64,000 nucleotides of DNA from an uncultured Gammaproteobacteria bacterium (GTDB lineage Bacteria > Patescibacteriota > Patescibacteriia > UBA9570). Below are positions 56,921-64,000 of the stretch, piece by piece. How positions within the stretch are numbered: the first letter of the stretch is position 1; each line of letters starts with the position of its first letter. A model generated the notes under the pieces. The model saw only the letters and a program-made list of their open reading frames with translations, did not search any database and had not been told where the DNA came from. The translations under genes and the position numbers were made by a program. The stretch covers positions 493-64,492 of the forward strand of contig CAYLOJ010000005.1 in NCBI GenBank assembly GCA_964385285.1, given 5' to 3'.

Positions 56921-58198
56921 GTGATGAAAAAACTTGGTTCAACATTTGGCGTATTACTGATTATCTTATCGTATCTGCCGATTCTCTTTCGCTTAACCTA
57001 CGAGTATCCTGCGTGGTACATCTATCTCCTGAAGATGACCGTAGATACGTCTTATATTAGTTTTGGGTGGCTGATCTTAAGTGGTTTTCGTCAAGGTATT
57101 TTTCGGAAGATCTTATCACAATCGCTACATGGAAAATTCCATAATTATTTGGGATACACAGTTACTCTCGGCGTGTTAATACATCCCATTGCCTACATTT
57201 TTCTGTGGAGTGATTGGAAGATCATTGTGCCATTTCTACATTCGTATGGGTGGCTCGTCTCCTTGGGTGGAGTAGCGGTAATCCTACTACTGGTGACAGG
57301 GCTTAGCTCCTACTTTATTCGCAAGCGCTATTATGATTACTGGAATATTCTGCATTACTTGAACTACATTTTTTTTATCATCCTCTTTATTCATGTTTGG
57401 CAATCCCTGCCGCTTGGTTCACCAACTAGTGTTTACTACATCATCATTTTTGCCATCGCGTTAGGGAGCATGATCTACAAATGGATGTTTGATTTAAAGA
57501 TGCTGTCGTTCCATACGACCGTGCAATCCATTACGCTAGTAGCGAAAGATACCTATAATGTGCGCTTCAAAGTACCGGATCATGTAGAAACATGGGAGCC
57601 TGGTCAGTATGTTATGATTACAATTGATGCGATGGATGACCATCATCCGTTTTCTGTCTCCAAAATTAATACGGATCAAACCGTTGAGATCACCTTTAAA
57701 GTATTTGGAAACTTCACTAAGAAATTTTCCCAGGTCGTGGCTGGTCAGAAATTGTATTTTGCTGGTCCGTATGGCACTGCCAATAAAATGGTGCAGTACC
57801 ATAAGCAGGAGGATCTCGTATTGGTAGCTGGTGGAATCGGGATTACGCCATTCCGTTGCATTATTCATCACTTGTTAGCAAACAATGATCAACGCAATAT
57901 CTATTTATTCTATTGCGTCAGTCAACCAGATTTTTTTGCGTTTGATGATGAGTTTACCAAGTTAGCCAAACAGCATGCTAACTTTCACTATATTAAAATT
58001 TGTTCTAAACCCATGAATGATCCTTCGGTGATTCAAGGTTATATCTCTGATTTAATCATCAAAGATCAGATTGGTGATCTGCCGTCACATTCATATGTGG
58101 TATGTGGCCCTGATGCGATGTTGGCAGCAGTGAATGTGTTATTGCGCAGTCATGGAGTGCCGCGTTATCAAATCCATAAGGAGGAGTTTAGTTACTAG
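56921..58198 (+). CDS. NOX-like ferric reductase family protein (paralog of 30811-32115)
   Basis: 6 TM with His pairs; 'HPFSVSK' FAD motif; 'AGGIGITPF' NAD motif; 'CGP' at the C-terminus. Confidence 0.75.
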   Translation: MMKKLGSTFGVLLIILSYLPILFRLTYEYPAWYIYLLKMTVDTSYISFGWLILSGFRQGIFRKILSQSLHGKFHNYLGYTVTLGVLIHPIAYIFLWSDWKIIVPFLHSYGWLVSLGGVAVILLLVTGLSSYFIRKRYYDYWNILHYLNYIFFIILFIHVWQSLPLGSPTSVYYIIIFAIALGSMIYKWMFDLKMLSFHTTVQSITLVAKDTYNVRFKVPDHVETWEPGQYVMITIDAMDDHHPFSVSKINTDQTVEITFKVFGNFTKKFSQVVAGQKLYFAGPYGTANKMVQYHKQEDLVLVAGGIGITPFRCIIHHLLANNDQRNIYLFYCVSQPDFFAFDDEFTKLAKQHANFHYIKICSKPMNDPSVIQGYISDLIIKDQIGDLPSHSYVVCGPDAMLAAVNVLLRSHGVPRYQIHKEEFSY

Positions 58199-58267
58199 AC
58201 AATCCACGCCGAAAGTGATACATTCGTCTTCCTCCGCAACAGGAAACTCTTTTACAATCGGTGCGCC

Positions 58268-58864
58268 ATGCCTTCTCAACGCGTCTCCTACATCTTCTAC
58301 TACACCAACCCCGACTGTGCAGTCGCTGTGCTGCTAGAACTGCCGCAGATCGAGTTCTGCATTCTGCACTCCACTGAGCAAGTCCGTGATCTCGAACGAC
58401 GACACGGAATCTTCAAACCGGTCGGGTCCGCTACGCTTCCGTCGGTCAGCGATGAGCCGCTCCAGCGACTGTCTGGCCCTGCCGCACTACCTCTGCTAAA
58501 GGCAATCACGACCCTCCAGGCGGCGCGTCAGCTGGTTCCGCTGCTGCCTCCGCATCGTTTTCTGAGGCAGGGGGTGGTGTGGACTGAAATCCATACCGCC
58601 TTCTGCCACTGCGCGATCGTGGTGACTCATCAGCAGAATCTGTCTCAGCTGGCCATGGTCTTCTCCGTCAGCCAGTTGTTGGAACTGATCCACGTGAGTT
58701 ATAAAGCTGAACGCAAAGTGTTTGAAGCAATTCAAGCCACTGCGAGGCTACCACAGCGTCCCCGCAACGGAGAGCAGATCTTCGTGGTCTCCGGGCCACT
58801 GGCAGCGGACCTGATCCAGGGACTGATCATGGCAAAGGAGTTGCCCCTGCCCGCAGGAGTCTAG
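58268..58864 (+). CDS. hypothetical protein (elevated-GC island gene)
   Basis: 198 aa; GC about 57% versus about 45% in the flanks; GC3-rich; no SD recognised; followed by a bidirectional terminator. Confidence 0.4.
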   Translation: MPSQRVSYIFYYTNPDCAVAVLLELPQIEFCILHSTEQVRDLERRHGIFKPVGSATLPSVSDEPLQRLSGPAALPLLKAITTLQAARQLVPLLPPHRFLRQGVVWTEIHTAFCHCAIVVTHQQNLSQLAMVFSVSQLLELIHVSYKAERKVFEAIQATARLPQRPRNGEQIFVVSGPLAADLIQGLIMAKELPLPAGV

Positions 58865-58899
58865 GAGGAAGCCGGGAACATCACTGTTCACGGCAACCC

Positions 58900-58931
58900 A
58901 AAAAACCGTTTCTTAACCGATGCGGTTTTTT
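58900..58931. terminator. bidirectional intrinsic terminator between convergent genes
   Basis: AAAAAACCG...CGGTTTTTT are perfect complementary arms, with an A-run and a T-run on either side. Confidence 0.55.
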
Positions 58932-58932
58932 G

Positions 58933-59478
58933 TTAGGTTAATGTTTGCATCAGATGGAATAGTTTTTGCGTGGTATTCAGGTTACGCACGGTCATCTCTT
59001 TGTAGAGGGGGTCACCAGCTAATTTGATCATAGCACTACGGGTGAGATCGCTAGTTTTGGCGGACCAAAATAAGACACCCGGTTTATAACTGACCGTTTC
59101 AATCTCTGGCTTGGGTTTGAACTCTTTCAAAATAGTTTTGTGATCAATCACATCTCGCAAAAAGATCACATTATATTTACGCGTTGCGTCCGTAAACCAA
59201 TGATTTGGGATAGCTTTAAAAATTTGCGCTAGTTCGGCTTTAGTCCGGATCACTACTTTGGAGGGATAACGAAACTGCTTAGTTAGAGCCTGTTCAATGA
59301 TCTGTTCTAATGTTCTTGGGGATTGTGTTTTAGTATTAAAGATCACATTACCACTTTGAATATAGGTACGGACATCTGAAAATCCCAGTTGCTCGAAGGC
59401 GGCCTTCAATTTGGCCATCGGAATAATATTATTCCCACCCACATTAATGCCGCGTAATAAACAGAGGTAAGTAGTCAT
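58933..59478 (-). CDS. DUF1697-family protein
   Basis: 'YLCLLRGINVGGNNIIPMAKLKAAFEQLGFSDVRTYIQSGNVIF' is the family signature N-terminus. Confidence 0.7.
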   Translation of the reverse strand: MTTYLCLLRGINVGGNNIIPMAKLKAAFEQLGFSDVRTYIQSGNVIFNTKTQSPRTLEQIIEQALTKQFRYPSKVVIRTKAELAQIFKAIPNHWFTDATRKYNVIFLRDVIDHKTILKEFKPKPEIETVSYKPGVLFWSAKTSDLTRSAMIKLAGDPLYKEMTVRNLNTTQKLFHLMQTLT

Positions 59479-59482
59479 AAAT

Positions 59483-60748
59483 TTATTCAGCTGCCAGCTC
59501 GCCCAAACCAGCTAAAGCAGCCTGTAATTCTGGTTGATTAAAGTACTCATCACCGGCGCTGATTGCGTCAGTGGTGTCATACCACAGCTCATCACCATCA
59601 TATTCCCACATTAAGAACATCTGAACATCTGGCATGGCCAGTAATGCCTCACCATATTCTGTAATTTCTTCAGCTGACATCGCATACTTACCAGTGGACC
59701 AACCGGTTTGACCACTGGAGCCATCTCCGCCGTTAGCAATATTCAAGCCGTTGATCACGCCTAATCCTAAGCTATCTGCCGCCGCTTTTTGGGCCATGAC
59801 GTAATCTGCAATTGGACCATCTGAATAACCAGGATAATTCGTATATTGATTTACGCAGTTATCTACATAAATATATTGTCCATCATTGATGCTTGGTGTC
59901 GGCATCCGGTTACATTTCTGCCGAACAAAGGTCATTAAGCCCGGAAATTTCTCTTCGCTATAACGTGCCATCTCATCTAATTCGGCTGCAGTTGGATCGC
60001 TGCCACTGAAGGTATCGATATCATCTAGTAACATGTGGCCCACTAACGTGCCATTATCAATGTAGCTTTGAATGTTATAGCTATCCCAAGCATCTAGCTC
60101 GGTTTTCCATTTGGCCAAATCAAAATTACCACTGGTGGTGTAGTAACTATGATCACGGGTCAAGCGCAAGGTCAGTTTCATCCCCGAAGCTTCAACTAAC
60201 GGCAGTAGGGTATTAGCGGTGTAGTTCGAAGCAGAGCCAGCTACTTGAAAAACTGTAGCGTTGAAGCGCGTTTGGACATCAGCCAGTCCCTCAGTAGTGT
60301 GATAACCATTTAAGCCCCAAAAGCCAAATAGTATTGGCGTGGCTGGTTCATGAGTATCACCGGTCTCTGTCGTTTCATCTGTTTCAGTGGGAGCTGCTTT
60401 GGTGCGTGTCTCGACAGTTTTAGAATAAGCTCCAAACTGCTTGTTGTTGCCGCTGCCAGTCTGGGCTCGGACTTTAAACTGATAGATCTTATCAGCTTTA
60501 AGATCAGTCATTTCTAATGATCGTTTTTTAGTGAACTGTTTGTAGACTAAATCACCATTCTTGTTCATGACACGCACTTGATAGCGCTTGGCATGGGGCT
60601 GATCTTTCCATTTCAGGGTAACACTATAATCAGTTTTCGATTCGACACGTAAATTAGTAACTTTTTTTAACTGAGCCGCCGCCTGCACGGATTGTATACC
60701 GAACATTAAGAGAATGCTGAGTAGCATAATGTGGCGAAACAACTTCAT
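59483..60748 (-). CDS. secreted protein with N-terminal Fn3-like domain, unknown C-terminal domain
   Basis: Signal peptide; 'VTNLRVESKTDYSVTLKWK...YQFKVRA' Fn3-like; remainder unassigned. Confidence 0.5.
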   Translation of the reverse strand: MKLFRHIMLLSILLMFGIQSVQAAAQLKKVTNLRVESKTDYSVTLKWKDQPHAKRYQVRVMNKNGDLVYKQFTKKRSLEMTDLKADKIYQFKVRAQTGSGNNKQFGAYSKTVETRTKAAPTETDETTETGDTHEPATPILFGFWGLNGYHTTEGLADVQTRFNATVFQVAGSASNYTANTLLPLVEASGMKLTLRLTRDHSYYTTSGNFDLAKWKTELDAWDSYNIQSYIDNGTLVGHMLLDDIDTFSGSDPTAAELDEMARYSEEKFPGLMTFVRQKCNRMPTPSINDGQYIYVDNCVNQYTNYPGYSDGPIADYVMAQKAAADSLGLGVINGLNIANGGDGSSGQTGWSTGKYAMSAEEITEYGEALLAMPDVQMFLMWEYDGDELWYDTTDAISAGDEYFNQPELQAALAGLGELAAE

Positions 60749-60843
60749 ATGAACACGATAACATACCTAGAATTGATTGCACACCGTATGCTATGATGTA
60801 TTCATGGATACCTGTCTCAGATGCGCTACCTATTTTAGTGGTT

Positions 60844-61049
60844 GGAGAAGTCATGGACCTGACTTTCCATATCACGATTGGACCATTATCGAAAAAACCG
60901 ATATCCAGGTGGGTACACAGGCTGCAGTCGATGTAATAGAAGGTAAAGCTGCTTGTAAAGCTTGTGGCTATGTGGGTAATTTTTCCTGTCTCTATGGTGA
61001 TGGCTACTACTTTACTGATCCTGACCCTAGCCATACCATATTTGCTTAA
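60844..61049 (+). CDS. possible small zinc-ribbon-like protein (~68 aa from the internal ATG at 60844 of the 60777..61049 ORF)
   Basis: Contains a 'CKAC' pair and additional Cys; weak. Confidence 0.2.
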
Positions 61050-61074
61050 CTCGTTATGATAAGCACATACCAGT

Positions 61075-61788
61075 ATGTCTGAACGATCAAGATTTGGAAC
61101 ACTGCGCCAGTACCGTAGAGACGCACAGTCGATACAGGCCAAAGAAAAGCGAGAGGGTAAAACGCACTGGGGGCAGTATGATGTTTCATTAGAGCGTTAT
61201 CAGAGTGCATTCCGGGCCGTGTTAGATGGCAAAAATATTACGGACATTGTGCATGAACTGCGGGAAGAACAAAGACCGATCTACATTTTAGATGTCATGG
61301 GCACTGGTAGTGTTATTCATGATATTGATCAAATCAGCAAGGTAGATGGGGGAGCTGCGATTACACTGACTGATTTGCGCAGTCCAGAGCGCATTCAGCA
61401 AGATGCAGAGCGTCATATTGAATTGATTGAAGGAGAGGTCCTGAGTCCACAGACTTGGCGATTGGCAGAGGCATGGTTGCGTAAGGCTGAACATTTAGCC
61501 GAAGGCTTTAATTTAGTCTTAGCCAGACCTGAAGGAGGAATGTCTGCAATTACAAATGACCCTGCTGTACATCTGGTATTGTTACAGCATTTGTATCAAC
61601 TTACGCATCCCGATGGTGGAGTATTACTGACACAATTGCCACGGGCAGATCGACATATGGTTGCAGATCAATTCATGCCACACTGGCAGCAGTTGCCAGG
61701 CATTAGCGTGCGATTCCATAGTGGAATCAATCCAGTGATGGCGATTCGTCGGCAACGTGGTTCGCCCGAAATGTTGCCAGTGGCTTAA
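61075..61788 (+). CDS. hypothetical protein, possible methyltransferase-like fold
   Basis: 'ILDVMGTGSV' resembles SAM motif I; otherwise unassigned. Confidence 0.4.
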   Translation: MSERSRFGTLRQYRRDAQSIQAKEKREGKTHWGQYDVSLERYQSAFRAVLDGKNITDIVHELREEQRPIYILDVMGTGSVIHDIDQISKVDGGAAITLTDLRSPERIQQDAERHIELIEGEVLSPQTWRLAEAWLRKAEHLAEGFNLVLARPEGGMSAITNDPAVHLVLLQHLYQLTHPDGGVLLTQLPRADRHMVADQFMPHWQQLPGISVRFHSGINPVMAIRRQRGSPEMLPVA

Positions 61789-61811
61789 ACGCGCTTGCTT
61801 TGTATTCTAAT

Positions 61812-62558
61812 TTAATTGCGCGTATACGCTTGTACGATGGTGCGTGAATGTGTGTTGTGCGGACTACCATCGTATAATCCGCGCGAGCCTGTAATGACTG
61901 TCTCGCCAGTGGAATGGTCTGGGGTTGTTAATTTATGACAAGTAAATCCAGAGTCGGCCGGTAAATACCAATCAGCACCAAAGCCGGCGGTACGGAAGGC
62001 ATCACCGATTAAGAGATATTCAAATACTTGAGGCGCGCGTCGAAAATCCGCAGTCCATTCACCAAAGCAGGTCATCCAGCACGATATGACGATCGTGGGT
62101 TGGCCAGCAGCTAGGGTGAGGGCAGTCAGGTAGTCTAGTTTTTCTACCTCAGAAGAGACATTGGTTTGCTTGTTTTCTTCCCATTCTTTGGTATCGACCG
62201 CTCGACAAACGAGTTGATCGGCAGCAATCAGTTCAGCTAATTTAGGTTTTAAAAAATGAGTTAAACGACCATCACCAGCGCCAACTTCTAAGAGTAGTAC
62301 CGTTTGACTAGTGGTGTCGTAGGTCACCTTAATGCGTTCCGCTAAGTAAATGGCTAATGAGGCAATAAACTCTTGCGTGTAGACTTGAAAGTTGTGTAGC
62401 TCAGTTTGAAATTTACCGTAACTGGGAGTTATCCAAGGAAATTCGACGCTATCAGTTGGGTAGCTTTCCGACAAAGGAAAGGCAATTTTGAGTTCAGCTA
62501 GGGTAGGTAAGTAGAGTGGATCACTCATACTCGCTAACAGAGTTTCTTGTGGCGTCAT
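61812..62558 (-). CDS. putative SAM-dependent methyltransferase
   Basis: 'LLLEVGAGDGRLTHFL' motif I. Confidence 0.5.
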   Translation of the reverse strand: MTPQETLLASMSDPLYLPTLAELKIAFPLSESYPTDSVEFPWITPSYGKFQTELHNFQVYTQEFIASLAIYLAERIKVTYDTTSQTVLLLEVGAGDGRLTHFLKPKLAELIAADQLVCRAVDTKEWEENKQTNVSSEVEKLDYLTALTLAAGQPTIVISCWMTCFGEWTADFRRAPQVFEYLLIGDAFRTAGFGADWYLPADSGFTCHKLTTPDHSTGETVITGSRGLYDGSPHNTHSRTIVQAYTRN

Positions 62559-62675
62559 ACGATAGGTAGCTTAGAGATTAAGAGAACAAGCAGACCAGGT
62601 GTATGACGAGTTCAAAGAACATGATGTTTACCATGAAAGGCGGCTCTGGTCAATGTATTCAAGATCTGGTGTATA

Positions 62676-62906
62676 ATGATCATAGCTATGGCTAAAGAGT
62701 TATTAGAACAAGAAACTTGGTTTTATACCTTAGAGCGCGATGGCACCCAGTATACCCTAGATGTCATCTGTGGTTCGGTTGGCTTATTTAATCGCGTCAT
62801 CACCTTAACTTCGGAAGAGGTACAGCAATATGAAATGCGCGGTAAGCCATTTATTACAGAACTCGCACAACGCATTAGTGACCAAGCAGTCTCACATCCA
62901 AACTAG
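62676..62906 (+). CDS. hypothetical small protein
   Basis: 76-aa ORF with its own upstream region. Confidence 0.3.
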   Translation: MIIAMAKELLEQETWFYTLERDGTQYTLDVICGSVGLFNRVITLTSEEVQQYEMRGKPFITELAQRISDQAVSHPN

Positions 62907-63000
62907 ATCATTCTGCATGATACTAGGTTCTGGTCAAACCTTTGTCCCACAGAGTCGATCACATGCTCAGTACGCGCAAGATTGACAAAGTGCCTTAACA

Positions 63001-63495
63001 ATGATAAAAAAGTGCACTATGCCAAAGTTTGTTGCCCAGGCTTTACTGATCGCATCATCCGCAGGTTTCACTGTTGTCTATCTCATTATAGTGGTGTACA
63101 TGATCTCAATACAGTTTGCGGCTCCAGTAATCCCTGATGGCAAAGGCGGCTCTCATGGGGCTCGTGAAAATTATAGTTTGATTTGCTTAGGTAGAAGTAG
63201 TTCTATTTATCCAAATACACCAGAGGCCTGTACATTAGCGGCTGTGCTGCGGCAAACCCTATTTTTTTTAACGATCGGTGTGATGGGATTCATTGCTGTG
63301 CTCATCATTCCAAATGTTGGCATGGTCTTATTCTATGGCTGGGTGATTATGCTGAGTATAGGGCTTCGGAAACGCGCTACTACCGATGGAGAGATGTTTT
63401 ACCTGAGGTCTTGGGGCTACTCACTTTTGGTAGCGATTGGCTGTTTAGTCCTTGCTGTCTGCAGTGTATTCATAAAAAACGGATTATGGAAATAA
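63001..63495 (+). CDS. integral membrane protein (4 TM), unknown
   Basis: Hydrophobicity pattern. Confidence 0.4.
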   Translation: MIKKCTMPKFVAQALLIASSAGFTVVYLIIVVYMISIQFAAPVIPDGKGGSHGARENYSLICLGRSSSIYPNTPEACTLAAVLRQTLFFLTIGVMGFIAVLIIPNVGMVLFYGWVIMLSIGLRKRATTDGEMFYLRSWGYSLLVAIGCLVLAVCSVFIKNGLWK

Positions 63496-63635
63496 TTCCA
63501 GAATTTAAAACTCAGCCCATAACTAAGGCTCCTCAACCCCTGTCGAATCGAAAGGTTTGGATTATCATTGCTTCGCCGGTAGTCTTCGCTGGCATTTTAT
63601 TAATCATCGGCTTGGTAACAGTACTGATGATGTAG
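63487..63635 (+). CDS. small single-TM peptide (49 aa)
   Basis: ATG at 63487 overlaps the upstream stop (ATGGAAATAA); TM 'VWIIIASPVVFAGILLIIGLVTVLMM'. Confidence 0.3.
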
Positions 63636-63638
63636 TCC

Positions 63639-63992
63639 TTACCATGCATCACGAGCAGAGTGAGCGTCGTGAGAAGTTTGATGGGTATGCATGCTATGAA
63701 TTACAAGGCTGATGAGCACTCCCGTTGCATACATCACGATATCCATCCAATCAAAACTTGTCCCTGCCAGAGTGGCGGCCACCGAATTGTGTGAGGTTAG
63801 GACTCCCCACCACAACTGGTTCCCTTCAATTAAGCAGGCAATGGAAAAGGCCATCACGGCTGTTTTCCAGCTGGATAACTTTGTAACTAATTGGATCGGG
63901 AAATAGACAAACACTGCAGCCACAATGTCACCGCCGTAATTGCGTATCCATCGCGCGGCAGGCCAATTGAGGTAGCGATAGAGCAATATCAT
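63639..63992 (-). CDS. VanZ-like family membrane protein
   Basis: 'LIEGNQLWW.........GTSFDWMDIVMYATGVL' resembles the VanZ-family motif. Confidence 0.5.
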   Translation of the reverse strand: MILLYRYLNWPAARWIRNYGGDIVAAVFVYFPIQLVTKLSSWKTAVMAFSIACLIEGNQLWWGVLTSHNSVAATLAGTSFDWMDIVMYATGVLISLVIHSMHTHQTSHDAHSARDAW

Positions 63993-64000
63993 TAAGCCAA

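Noticed and set aside
1-64000. Search for CRISPR arrays, tRNA/rRNA genes, IS elements or integrase genes.
   Set aside because: No direct-repeat/spacer periodicity, no tRNA-like cloverleaf candidates in intergenic regions, and no transposase or integrase motifs were seen. The compositional islands therefore lack an identifiable mobility gene in this window.

Overview
This 64-kb window is densely coding and has a background GC content of about 45%. The gene content resembles a small-genome, probably Patescibacteria/CPR-like bacterium; this is inference from content only. The content includes SecDF, TruB, QueG, MutY, a transaldolase-family protein, thiamine pyrophosphokinase, a MacAB-like ABC efflux set, ZnuBC-like and VIT metal transporters, a Fur-family regulator, two NOX-like ferric-reductase proteins, two FG-GAP-repeat/L,D-transpeptidase paralogs, a VirD4/TraG-like coupling ATPase, a 1623-aa giant protein and many orphan ORFs. 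I saw no rRNA, tRNA or CRISPR arrays.

Two things stand out.

(1) A co-directional tandem array of five divergent paralogs (positions 16618-25887). Each encodes a ~525-556-aa cytoplasmic protein with roughly 9-10% cysteine. Each protein is capped at both ends by the same ~70-residue zinc-ribbon-like module, with Cys-rich repeats in between. The first gene is translationally coupled (ATGA overlap) to the VirD4-like ATPase gene. A TrmB-type HTH regulator sits inside the array. Homologous intergenic blocks after genes 2 and 4 suggest duplication of a two-gene unit. I cannot place this family in anything I know.

(2) Five short, single-gene high-GC islands (about 57-65% GC, strongly GC3-skewed) are embedded in the low-GC backbone. 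They carry an integral membrane protein, glyA (serine hydroxymethyltransferase), a CDP-alcohol phosphatidyltransferase, a formyltransferase-family protein and an orphan ORF. Each has host-like AT-rich promoter or SD context and hairpin terminators. This suggests unameliorated horizontal acquisitions from a high-GC donor, notably of one-carbon metabolism genes.

Also notable: a natural His6 run in the Fur-family protein; a giant protein coupled to a small helical ORF, divergent from the efflux operon; and near-consensus sigma70 promoters at 19881-19909 and 36594-36622.
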